DNA from: a virus
IMG/VR virus record: IMGVR_UViG_3300034272_001701
Span: 32,001-96,000 of that record
Length of the DNA: 64,000 nt
Direction: 5' to 3' (one strand)
Part shown: one piece after another, positions 27,828-37,299 of the stretch
How the letters are laid out: each line of letters opens with the position of its first letter
Numbering within the stretch: position 1 is the stretch's first letter
Position numbers and translations under genes: made by a program
Notes under the pieces: generated by a model
Seen by the model: only the letters and a program-made list of their open reading frames with translations
Told to the model about the DNA's origin: nothing
The model's database searches: none

Positions 27828-28446
27828 TAATGTGTTCTGCTGTTCGTTGATGTCCAAGTTCCAAAGGATGTCCTCTTGGGCCTTTAGGGCATTCACCGAC
27901 CCAATCAACCATTGCTTGATTAGGCCATCCTATAAAATATTTTTTATCAATTTGATCTATTAGATCGTTGTTTTTTATATCAGATCTTCTTGTGTCTTGA
28001 TGATTTCCAAACGCATCGAACATTAGATAAGATTTGTTATGTATTTTTAAAAAAGACTGTAAAAGTATAACATTTAATAAGTATTGTCTATACAAGTAAT
28101 CATCATTATGGTGTCTACTGTAATAGTCTGTTATGTCTGCTCTCCACGAATATTGATGTTTTCCAGGAACATTAATTCTTCCTGGCCAAATATCAAATAC
28201 ATCTATTTCATCGGCTATTTCAATTCTATCAAAATGTGTCCATGCAATAATTATTATGTCGTAATTATCAACTTGCTCTACTGCTGTCCTTACAATTTGA
28301 CTGTTTCCCCTTCCGGGGCGTCCTAAGTTTGTTAAATTAGTGTCAAGGGAAACCGATATTAAACTAGGCCACGCAGAAATCTCTGAATTTATTAATTCGT
28401 CACCATGAGTAAAACTGTCGCCGACCGTTAATAATCTTTTTTTCAT
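27793..28446 (-). CDS. SGNH/GDSL-like protein
   Basis: VGDSFTHG, NLGRPGRGN and GHPLELGH. Confidence 0.7.
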   Translation of the reverse strand: MKKRLLTVGDSFTHGDELINSEISAWPSLISVSLDTNLTNLGRPGRGNSQIVRTAVEQVDNYDIIIIAWTHFDRIEIADEIDVFDIWPGRINVPGKHQYSWRADITDYYSRHHNDDYLYRQYLLNVILLQSFLKIHNKSYLMFDAFGNHQDTRRSDIKNNDLIDQIDKKYFIGWPNQAMVDWVGECPKGPRGHPLELGHQRTAEHINEYIRNIGWIS

Positions 28447-28544
28447 TTGTAAATGAAAGGATCTCGTTTACGAAGTTCGCGTAATTTGCGTCGATATTTA
28501 ATTTCTAATCGTATTCTATTCCAAATGTTTTTTAACCATGTCAT
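28443..28544 (-). CDS. 33-aa basic peptide ending RKRDPFIYK (not in ORF track)
   Basis: MTWLKNIWNRIRLEIKYRRKLRELRKRDPFIYK; SD AGGAGA 6 nt upstream; stop overlaps the next start (ATGA). Confidence 0.75.
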   Translation of the reverse strand: MTWLKNIWNRIRLEIKYRRKLRELRKRDPFIYK

Positions 28545-29307
28545 TGAATTTCTCCTGGATTAATTCTGCTGCGGCCACGTGTGCTTGTTCTAGAGGATGC
28601 GTGGCGCCAATTGGGTATTTATTTTCTAATGCCCATTGATAAAATCCTCTAGGATCTGTAGTTTCATTACTTTTTGTACCAGGCGGAAACCAAAACCAAT
28701 TTTTATCATCTATTTGAGATAGTAAACTTTTTATATTTTCGTCTGGATTACTTACTGTAAAGTTATATAAAATTTTATTATCAACGCAAGTGAACAAATA
28801 AGGAACCTGTACATTTGTTAAATAATTTTGCAAATATACAATTTCTTTGAGGCTGGAATACACCTCCCAATATTCTCCACTGCCGACATGTTTATAAAAT
28901 GTTTCTGTGAAATGATAAAGTCCTGTATGTTTGGCTCGATTAAGACTTTTAAAATGGTCATTAATCACGTCGTCTTTTTTAACCTTGAGTTCTTTTTTAA
29001 TAGTTTCTGTTTCTTTGGCTGTCCATGGTGTAATTGCACACCATTCTCTGGTTCGTTGGCCGGTATCATACGCGAATTTAAATTCATATCTACCCGGGAA
29101 AGACCAATTCACAAATACAAAAATTTTATTTGGTAAATTTTTGTTTACCTCATTAATTACTCGTCTGGCTATTCCGTCATTTCCGATACCGGGCCATGCT
29201 ACGCATCGATAATTATAATTTTTGCTTATTAATGCAGCGAATGTATTATCCGGGGATTGTAATTCGCTGCCATACACAAAACTATCACCGCCGGCTACTA
29301 TAATCAT
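28516..29307 (-). CDS. SGNH/GDSL-like protein
   Basis: AGGDSFVYG, PGIGN..IAR and THPLEQAH. Confidence 0.7.
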   Translation of the reverse strand: MIIVAGGDSFVYGSELQSPDNTFAALISKNYNYRCVAWPGIGNDGIARRVINEVNKNLPNKIFVFVNWSFPGRYEFKFAYDTGQRTREWCAITPWTAKETETIKKELKVKKDDVINDHFKSLNRAKHTGLYHFTETFYKHVGSGEYWEVYSSLKEIVYLQNYLTNVQVPYLFTCVDNKILYNFTVSNPDENIKSLLSQIDDKNWFWFPPGTKSNETTDPRGFYQWALENKYPIGATHPLEQAHVAAAELIQEKFNDMVKKHLE

Positions 29308-30439
29308 ATCCAGGTTTCATTATATCAATTTGCATCTGTTTGTATTTGTAATCACTCCAGCAATAATCAAATGTATTACTGATTCCATCAACTTCAATTT
29401 TATAAATGTCAAGATGATTACTTAATATTTGTTGTATTGTTTGTTCGTGTAAGGTTCCAAAACTGAAACTTAGATTAACTTGTCCTAGCGACAGATATCC
29501 TAAACTTAAATTAATATCACCGGGATCTTTGTTGTTGGCTATCAACCAATTATTGAATTTATCAATTTGTGTGTTGTGCCACTCGTGGGGGCCACCATAC
29601 ATTACACTTTTTCCCCACTCAATATCAAATTCTCCGCTGTAATATTTTAATTCAGTAATAGCTTCGCATACTGTATCAGTCAATGCCGGAGCACCTTCAT
29701 CTCTAAATACTTCAAATAGAGTTTTACCAATTTGAGTCCAATGCATGTATACTCCGCCGAATGCTCTGTTAAACCCATTAGATAAGAATCCTTCTCTATG
29801 TTCGTTGCTTAATTCAATTCTGTCTGCATGAAGAAATGTAGTTATTTGACTGGGTCTTATCCATTCAGGAGCAGTTGCCTGCTTGCGTTTACTTAAACAT
29901 AGTGTTTCAATTTCATGGCAAAGGTTATTTAACTGTCTTATTGCATACTTGGTATCGTAATCGGCAAATTTGTAGTACAGACTCAACTGATCTACTGTAC
30001 CCTGCAAAATTTCAAAATAATTATGCAACCTATTCATTATGCCATGTTTAATACTCAACCCTAAATTAGATTCATTCCATCCAATTGGATATTCGTCACC
30101 AAACTGCACACTTTCTGGTGTAAAATAATCCTCAATGATACAAGGTTCTAATCCATTATCCTGCCAAATTTTAGTTCTATTAAAAATATTAATTCTATAT
30201 ATGGCATCATTGAGTTCTTTACATAGATAGTTTAAATTTCTAGGAGTGTGAGGGAATCCCATAAAACAAAAATTTTTTTCAATTAATTTGTTTTTAATTA
30301 ATTCTTGTTTTAGTGCTTGCGCCCAATCTTGTGCTAACTTGGTATCATTTAATTCTATTAGATATTCAAGAGTATCTTTTTTGTCTAACGGGTTTCTTAA
30401 TACAACACTAACTGATCGAATTCCACCACTCATATACAT
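29285..30439 (-). CDS. Hypothetical protein within the radical SAM cluster
   Basis: Long coupled ORF; NRLHNYFE, LNNLCHEIE and HWTQIGKT; start uncertain. Confidence 0.7.
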   Translation of the reverse strand: MYMSGGIRSVSVVLRNPLDKKDTLEYLIELNDTKLAQDWAQALKQELIKNKLIEKNFCFMGFPHTPRNLNYLCKELNDAIYRINIFNRTKIWQDNGLEPCIIEDYFTPESVQFGDEYPIGWNESNLGLSIKHGIMNRLHNYFEILQGTVDQLSLYYKFADYDTKYAIRQLNNLCHEIETLCLSKRKQATAPEWIRPSQITTFLHADRIELSNEHREGFLSNGFNRAFGGVYMHWTQIGKTLFEVFRDEGAPALTDTVCEAITELKYYSGEFDIEWGKSVMYGGPHEWHNTQIDKFNNWLIANNKDPGDINLSLGYLSLGQVNLSFSFGTLHEQTIQQILSNHLDIYKIEVDGISNTFDYCWSDYKYKQMQIDIMKPGYDYSSRR

Positions 30440-31703
30440 CTGCTCTCTTTGATAATATTTCGTCCATGGTTGTTGACTGTGTACGAATAGATTCTAATTT
30501 TAACACACGAGCCCGGCCTCGAGCAATACCTGCACGGTACGCCTCTTCACCATATTGCTCTTGAAAGGTAGGGCGAGTTTTTAGTTGAACTAAGATATCC
30601 TTTAACGGACCGGCTACTCCGGCGTTTATGATTTCATCTACCCATGGATCTAAAACGGATCTAGGTAGGGCTAAAGGTGACATAACTATGTCCGGACTAA
30701 AACTAAAGACAACCTTGGCCAGGATGTCAACGCCCAAATCGTCGGCCAACTGCTGCATATTTTTAACTTCAAACATACCCGGGAGAGTAAGTGTAAAGTC
30801 CAATCTCATTTGCCTTCTGTGCGTTGAGAGGTTAATTCCTTCCTTAAAATTTGTAAGCCATTCCGCAAAATTGAGGCCTGTTCGGATATACTCTCCAATT
30901 GTGCCTGTACCGTCGATGCTGGCACAAATTTGCCAATCGCGGACATGACTAAGTATATCCCTATAAAGATTACAACCTCTATAATTAACACGGCTGAGAT
31001 TAGTATTGTATCTAACATAAACATTTTTTCCATCCCCTAACTCTACTATTCTTTTCATGTACCTCCAATGCTGTTCATACATTAAAGGTTCACCACCTAC
31101 CCAGTACACTTCTTCCACACGGTGGTCCTCTACCGCTGCTGCGAACTCGGCTTCAATTTGAGTTGTTTGGAAATGTTCAATTTTGTGTTTGATTTCAGGC
31201 TTCATCCATGTATTTTTTGGATTAGACCAATCGATCATTTGGTGCTGACGTTGCTCGCTTTCCCACGAGCTAGACAGCATGTCGCCGCACATACGGCATT
31301 TGAAATTGCAGAGATTACTAAATCTGTAATCCCAGCTCACAGGCTTCATGGTCGTGTAGCCCGAAGCGTCAGTTGTTTCTACTACTTGTTTGTACTTATT
31401 ACCAAACAGGTTATTAAAATAACTGCGGTAAACACTGGTATTCAACAGTTTATCATTACATACTTCGCACTCGGGTAATGTTTCGCCGGACAGCATGCGT
31501 TTTCGTACGGAGCGCATGTGATCACCGTTCCAATGTTCGTCCAGAGTGATAGGTATATACTTGCCAGAACCGGCGCTGGTGTCGATATACTGTTGAAAAT
31601 TTTGTGCAGGCTCTCTGCTGGCACAACACATTCTGCGCTCAGTCTGCGGACTTAGATATGTGTGCGTCCAGGGTGCCATGCATAGTGTACTAGGTCTATT
31701 CAT
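30408..31703 (-). CDS. Radical SAM protein with N-terminal twitch/SPASM-like domain
   Basis: CMAPW..CC...CEVC N-terminal domain; CNFKCRMC; GGEPLM. Confidence 0.88.
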   Translation of the reverse strand: MNRPSTLCMAPWTHTYLSPQTERRMCCASREPAQNFQQYIDTSAGSGKYIPITLDEHWNGDHMRSVRKRMLSGETLPECEVCNDKLLNTSVYRSYFNNLFGNKYKQVVETTDASGYTTMKPVSWDYRFSNLCNFKCRMCGDMLSSSWESEQRQHQMIDWSNPKNTWMKPEIKHKIEHFQTTQIEAEFAAAVEDHRVEEVYWVGGEPLMYEQHWRYMKRIVELGDGKNVYVRYNTNLSRVNYRGCNLYRDILSHVRDWQICASIDGTGTIGEYIRTGLNFAEWLTNFKEGINLSTHRRQMRLDFTLTLPGMFEVKNMQQLADDLGVDILAKVVFSFSPDIVMSPLALPRSVLDPWVDEIINAGVAGPLKDILVQLKTRPTFQEQYGEEAYRAGIARGRARVLKLESIRTQSTTMDEILSKRADVYEWWNSIS

Positions 31704-32370
31704 TTAAATACCTAGTTATTGAATCAAAGATTTGTTGTTTGGTATACATGTAAGGATATAACGATACCTTTGCAGAATATTGCCCGTTTAATTTTAAATT
31801 ACTAAAAAACTTTTCTATTATTTCTTGATTACCAATTGGCTCTGATACCAAATTGGTTATTTGAATTTTATTTTTGATTGCGTTGTTAATATCAGCATCT
31901 AAGTTATTAAGGTCGTACCATTGTAAACAGTTATTTACATTAATTTTATCTAAATACAATTTATGTTTTAAATCGTATAAAATATTTTTTTTGATATTTT
32001 TGTGTACCAACGCACCTAGACGTAGAACATATGCTTCGTCAAAATAATGCAAAATTTGTTCTTCGAGCCAAAGTCTATTACGCCCATAAGGAAAATTATT
32101 TCTTAATACACTGTCGACTGTTCCTAATAGCACAATCTGATCAATTGACGTTCTTCTTAAATTTTCAAAAAGAAGCCTTATATTATCAAAATCTTTTTCT
32201 TTGTTAGCATTTGCTTCTAGTCTGTTTCCACTTGGTGCAGCTACAAATACTTTAGTAAATGATTGTTTAGTTATATCTGAAATATTGTAGGAATTAAATT
32301 CATGTGTATAATTAATTACCTGCTTTAGATAATTTCCTACAAGACCATTGGACCCTACGATTGCTATCAT
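31696..32370 (-). CDS. NAD(P)-binding Rossmann-fold protein (epimerase/reductase-like)
   Basis: IVGSNGLVG, TVD, YGRNRLWLE and LRL.ALV. Confidence 0.7.
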   Translation of the reverse strand: MIAIVGSNGLVGNYLKQVINYTHEFNSYNISDITKQSFTKVFVAAPSGNRLEANANKEKDFDNIRLLFENLRRTSIDQIVLLGTVDSVLRNNFPYGRNRLWLEEQILHYFDEAYVLRLGALVHKNIKKNILYDLKHKLYLDKINVNNCLQWYDLNNLDADINNAIKNKIQITNLVSEPIGNQEIIEKFFSNLKLNGQYSAKVSLYPYMYTKQQIFDSITRYLNE

Positions 32371-33299
32371 TCTATAAAATTTAAAATTTCATCTATTATT
32401 TCATCTTTGATTTTTTGTTTTATTAACTCTTTGTTGAAAAATCTTTGATGATTATGAGCAAGTTTTTGCTTAGTAAGCATATCCTCAAAAATATATTTTT
32501 TATCGTTAAATTGTTTAGTCAATCTTTCAATTTCTGAAACTACTTTCTCTAATCTTAAATTATCGTCGTCAATAATATCATAAGATTCGTCAATTTGATG
32601 TCCAAAAGTTTCAAATCCTTGATCCTGGAGATATTTTAATGTTTCTTTAGACCCCCAAACTACAAAAGGATGTTGATGTGCAAGAGGTTTAAATATTTTT
32701 TCTGATACAAATGTTGGGTAGGTAGTAAAAGTTTCAACTACTACACTAAACTCTGTAGCATCGTACCAATTAGGGTTAAAATATCTTTGCCAATCTCCTT
32801 GTGAGTAATCTATGTCGTCATCAATAGTGATTCCCTGTTTAACATAACTGTATAATGCACGATCTAATAGATTTTCAAGTTTGGCGTATATTTGGTCTCT
32901 ATGTTTGCGTTTTAAGTGCATGAGCATTAAAAACGAATGTGTATGTTTTTTATTAGGAACATAACGATGATATCCTAGATACTGATACCACAAGCTTTCA
33001 TTATACCAAAGCCAATTTTTATTTCTAAGTATTAACCTATCTGTAATTTCGCTAGTTTTAGAAATGTCATTATCCCAAAAATGATCTACTATTAATTTAT
33101 AACCTTTGTCTACATATGGTTGATACCACGTTGCGCCGGGGTTAAAAAAATTAGTAATACAAACTGTGTCTGCTGCAGAATGGTTGCAGTTATGTTCATG
33201 GTAAATCAAGTTAAAATGATCACTGATTATGTCTACGATCCAGTCAGAGCAAAAACTATTGAGATCAAACTCAGAGACTAGTAAATTAATCTTTGCCAT
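32367..33299 (-). CDS. Putative glycosyltransferase-like protein (TEK..KP family)
   Basis: SVVVET....FVSEKIFKPL...PFVVWG....L.YL...GFETF...IDESYD. Confidence 0.55.
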   Translation of the reverse strand: MAKINLLVSEFDLNSFCSDWIVDIISDHFNLIYHEHNCNHSAADTVCITNFFNPGATWYQPYVDKGYKLIVDHFWDNDISKTSEITDRLILRNKNWLWYNESLWYQYLGYHRYVPNKKHTHSFLMLMHLKRKHRDQIYAKLENLLDRALYSYVKQGITIDDDIDYSQGDWQRYFNPNWYDATEFSVVVETFTTYPTFVSEKIFKPLAHQHPFVVWGSKETLKYLQDQGFETFGHQIDESYDIIDDDNLRLEKVVSEIERLTKQFNDKKYIFEDMLTKQKLAHNHQRFFNKELIKQKIKDEIIDEILNFIE

Positions 33300-34500
33300 A
33301 TCCCATTACCACGGCTATTTCGGAATGAGATTCTAAAAAACTTTGCTTGCGATAGTGATCAGTTTGTTTCATTTTAAATAAAAATTCTTCACCGCTAGAT
33401 CCCTGACCTTGTTCGATAAATTTAATAATACGTAAAATTTCTGCACGATGCTTGGGGGTGAATGATCCTGACTGTAATTTTTCTATTACAATCTTTTTTG
33501 CTTCCGGAGTCAAACTGTCTATACACATGTGCTTGGGATCATGAAGCATATTAAAATAGTGATCGTTGAATGTTTGTGTATTGATCCAATTGCATAACTC
33601 TTCTAGGTAGTAAACATTTTGTATGTTAACAGTCATGCACACCTGAGTGGTAATTTTTGCAGGATTTTGATCACGTAATTCATGAAACTTGCGTATGTTT
33701 TCTGTGACCTCTGCCCAATGAGCACCATAGCGTTCGTATTCAAAACGTTTATCTATGTTGTCAATACTAAATGCAATATCTACACGTTTGAAATGTTTCC
33801 ACAATTCGTGTGCATCTGGCCATTGGGTTCCATTGGTATTATAATGTATATCAATGTTCTTTGCATAGCCTTGATCGACCGCATACTGTAATAGATCAAA
33901 ATGCTCTTGAATCATAAACGGCTCGCCACCAGTAAACTCAAAATATTTGATATTGGGTAGCAATTCGCGTAGATTATCCCAGAACGTTTGTGTTTTACGT
34001 GGCCAGGCACCCTGTTGTAGAAACTTGTATGCCAGATGTTCTTTTTTATTTGTTAGTTCCGGAATATAATCAATTTCTTCTTGCGCCCAACGACTGCTGG
34101 ACCAAGAGCCGCAAATGCGGCATTTGAGATTACAAATGTTTCCTAATTTTAAGTCCACAAACCAAAGCTGATCTGGAGTATCATTTGTGTAATCAACCTT
34201 GTCTACTAATTCTTTTAATCTGATTTTACTGAATATGCGTTTGCTTGCACGACCTGCGTCTTCTTCTTGCCAACAACGGTTGCAGGTGCTGGGCTTCTCG
34301 CCATTGCGAAATTGCTGACGTAAATTCTGCATGTATGTGCTGTTGTATATTGTCTGCAGGTCTGTTTCGTTGAGATCATATTTACGACCTGTGTTGTCGG
34401 TGATCTCGTCAACTGCCAAACAACACGGTCTAGCAGTTCCAATTGGACTAGTTTCGATACTGATCCAAGGAAGCATACATATTGTTTTAGGAAGACTCAT
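33286..34500 (-). CDS. Radical SAM protein with N-terminal twitch domain
   Basis: CMLPW...PCC...CNRCW; CNLKCRIC; TGGEPF; YNTNGT. Confidence 0.88.
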   Translation of the reverse strand: MSLPKTICMLPWISIETSPIGTARPCCLAVDEITDNTGRKYDLNETDLQTIYNSTYMQNLRQQFRNGEKPSTCNRCWQEEDAGRASKRIFSKIRLKELVDKVDYTNDTPDQLWFVDLKLGNICNLKCRICGSWSSSRWAQEEIDYIPELTNKKEHLAYKFLQQGAWPRKTQTFWDNLRELLPNIKYFEFTGGEPFMIQEHFDLLQYAVDQGYAKNIDIHYNTNGTQWPDAHELWKHFKRVDIAFSIDNIDKRFEYERYGAHWAEVTENIRKFHELRDQNPAKITTQVCMTVNIQNVYYLEELCNWINTQTFNDHYFNMLHDPKHMCIDSLTPEAKKIVIEKLQSGSFTPKHRAEILRIIKFIEQGQGSSGEEFLFKMKQTDHYRKQSFLESHSEIAVVMGYGKD

Positions 34501-35947
34501 TTAATACTCGCAGCTCTGTAAAAGTTTCCCAAAAATTTTCTTTCCGCACATCATCTAATTTTTTAATTTCTTCTTTGAATCGAGGAAACAAATGACTATT
34601 ATTTGTACTCTGAACAAACTTTAACACGCTCTTAAATCCATTGGTTGCTCTTTTCAAACTATCTAATGGCTCAATCCATTCTATATGTTTTTCGTATGCC
34701 GGTATAATTACTTCTTTCTTGAACCACTCTGGAAAAATATCAGCTCTATACCATTCTGGGCTTAAACACAGATTGATATTCACATCACCTGGTCTGATTA
34801 ATCCCAGTTCAACCCACTCTCTATGAAAGTCTAATACGTGCAAGATATTCATAGCACTGACTGTAGGGTTAATATGAAAGTCAACATGTGGCACTTCTTT
34901 TTTCATTGCCAATCTATTTTCAATTGCTTGTTCCCAAACAGTTCCTTTACGTATTAATTCTGCACGGGCGCCGCTGGCATCTAAACTTGCCCCTAGGCTC
35001 ACACTCTTAAATTGTTTCCAATAATCAAAAACATGTTTGTCTTTAAATCTTAATTCGCTAAAATTAGAATTATATAACAATCTAACATCTGTTTTGCCGT
35101 GTTCAATCAATTTCTCTAACATGAAATAATGTTCTTTCATAATTAGAGGTTCGCCGCCAGCAAAATAAACTTGCTCAAGATAAGGAATATGAGGGATCAT
35201 CTGCTCAAGCATGGCATCTTCGTCACCTGCGGTATATTCAACCCTAAGCATCTCACGGCCTAATACATCAGGCTTACGATTATACAATTTAACATGATCG
35301 TTATACCAATTACTGCTAAAAATAGGTCCGCATGATCGACAACTAAAATTACAAAGATTACTGAATCGAACATCCCAATATCTTAATTTAAATTCAGGAT
35401 GAGTGCCGTCCTCTAGTGTAAGATCTGTTTCTTCAATATTATGGCCGTAGTTTCTATTAGCATCATTACGCATACTAAAGAATCCGTTTTTTTCGTGTTC
35501 GTAACACTTAGTGCATTCAACTGATTCTTTGTCGTTGAGCATGTTGATACGAATTTTTTTATATGATTCTTGATTCCATATTTCTTGCATTGTGTTCTTA
35601 CGCATATCTCCAACTGGGTGCCAGTAATCTCCTAGACAGCATGGATACGCACGACCATCCGGGAACGCATGAAAATGCACCCACGGTAACATACAAAACG
35701 TTTTACTTTTTGTAAGTTTATGTAATTGATCTTGTGTGAATTGTTTGTCATCTGCATACATTGGCATCAATGACAAATAATCGTATTCTTTTTTAAATAT
35801 ATATTCTGATTTTTTTTCTAATTCTAACAATTCTTTTTTAATCTCTGGCTTTTTAATTTTCACATCAGCTATATAATCATCGTAACTAGGCCAATCGGCG
35901 CCAGCAAATTTTTCATAAAAATCTCGTTGCAATTTGTTATTCTTCAT
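34487..35947 (-). CDS. Radical SAM protein with N-terminal twitch domain and extra leader
   Basis: ~80-aa leader (FYEKFAGADWPSYDDY); CMLPW..PCC...CTKC; CNFSCRSC; AGGEPL. Confidence 0.88.
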   Translation of the reverse strand: MKNNKLQRDFYEKFAGADWPSYDDYIADVKIKKPEIKKELLELEKKSEYIFKKEYDYLSLMPMYADDKQFTQDQLHKLTKSKTFCMLPWVHFHAFPDGRAYPCCLGDYWHPVGDMRKNTMQEIWNQESYKKIRINMLNDKESVECTKCYEHEKNGFFSMRNDANRNYGHNIEETDLTLEDGTHPEFKLRYWDVRFSNLCNFSCRSCGPIFSSNWYNDHVKLYNRKPDVLGREMLRVEYTAGDEDAMLEQMIPHIPYLEQVYFAGGEPLIMKEHYFMLEKLIEHGKTDVRLLYNSNFSELRFKDKHVFDYWKQFKSVSLGASLDASGARAELIRKGTVWEQAIENRLAMKKEVPHVDFHINPTVSAMNILHVLDFHREWVELGLIRPGDVNINLCLSPEWYRADIFPEWFKKEVIIPAYEKHIEWIEPLDSLKRATNGFKSVLKFVQSTNNSHLFPRFKEEIKKLDDVRKENFWETFTELRVLNESS

Positions 35948-37299
35948 AAATTAATATACCATTCTGCCAAGTTTGGAAACGTTGTAATAAAGTTTTTATC
36001 TCTACGTTGATCGTATTGTGTATAAAACTTTTTAAAATCTTGTTGTAGTATTTGCTGTTCTGCAGCGCCTAAATGTGGTGTCTTTACTACGTCTAAATAA
36101 TCAATAAGTCTTTGCAACTGATTTAATTCCATTTCGTGAATTAATGTATTATTTTTATTCTTGTTATACCAATTTTCTAAATTGTTTTTGTGTTGAGTTC
36201 TAATTTCGTCAGGCAGTACCAAAGGACTTTGAAAACTTGGAAATCTCAATATATTTAAAGTAAAAAATGGATAGTTTTTTCCATAACATGTTTTCCATTC
36301 TACTATACAATCTAAAAACTCTGTTAAACTTTCTAAACAAAGTGCATTAATCGTACACATGATGTGTAGACCGCGCAATTTATTGCCTACTTGATGATCT
36401 AGTATCAACTCTATACTATCAGCCCAATCGTTCCAAACCAATCCGTCTCTAATATACTCTGCATGACTGCCGACGCTTTCATTACTAGTGTATAGGTCAA
36501 TGGGTGCGTCCACACTTGAAAATAAACGATCGATATCAACTTGTGTTCCTAGGTTAGAGTTAATTGCCAGTCTTGTTTGGCTTTTTCCTTTGTTTTCTTT
36601 AAACCAATCAAGCAGTTTCCAGGTATAGCCTGACATCAAAGGCTCACCACCGGTAATACGTAATTCAGTTAAGGTTCTGTGGAGGTCCGATTCCCACCAT
36701 TCAAAGAAGGCCGTGATGTATGGGTTATCTTCACCAAATTTAAAAAGCTGCGAACTGTCATGGCTATGAGTAAAATGATTCCTACCATCAGACACCAGGT
36801 CCACGTAGGGTCCGTTAGTGTTGATGTCTTTGACCCAAGTGCTACTGAATGCAGGGTTGCAATAACTGCAAGCAAACTGACAAGTGCGATCAAAACTGAT
36901 TTCAAGAGTGCGAAGATTGGCATCTTCTGTTGGCGGTGTTCTGAATGCATGATCAAGATCCTCATCTGAAAATAAAACTGTTTTATAGACTCGGTCGCTA
37001 ATATTGTCTCTTCCAATGTCTTCGATCTTCCAACAATACTCACATCCTGCAGGTCTTTCGCCTGCCTGCATTTGTCTACGCTCCTCTTTCTTTTTTGGGG
37101 TATTGTGCAATGCTCGAGGATTTGCTTGCACATCTGCTACTTCAACCTTGTGCGGTAATGGATGATGACAACTAGTGGTCATGCCGCTGCCTAACCATAT
37201 AGTAGCGTTGTACCATTTTGCTCCGCAGAAGCTTTCTGACTTGATGTCAATTACTCTGCGTTTGTATTCTAAATCTGTTTCGTTATTAATTTTGGGCAT
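35944..37299 (-). CDS. Radical SAM protein with N-terminal twitch-like domain
   Basis: CGAKW...SCHHP...CEYCW; CQFACSYC; TGGEPLM. Confidence 0.88.
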   Translation of the reverse strand: MPKINNETDLEYKRRVIDIKSESFCGAKWYNATIWLGSGMTTSCHHPLPHKVEVADVQANPRALHNTPKKKEERRQMQAGERPAGCEYCWKIEDIGRDNISDRVYKTVLFSDEDLDHAFRTPPTEDANLRTLEISFDRTCQFACSYCNPAFSSTWVKDINTNGPYVDLVSDGRNHFTHSHDSSQLFKFGEDNPYITAFFEWWESDLHRTLTELRITGGEPLMSGYTWKLLDWFKENKGKSQTRLAINSNLGTQVDIDRLFSSVDAPIDLYTSNESVGSHAEYIRDGLVWNDWADSIELILDHQVGNKLRGLHIMCTINALCLESLTEFLDCIVEWKTCYGKNYPFFTLNILRFPSFQSPLVLPDEIRTQHKNNLENWYNKNKNNTLIHEMELNQLQRLIDYLDVVKTPHLGAAEQQILQQDFKKFYTQYDQRRDKNFITTFPNLAEWYINL

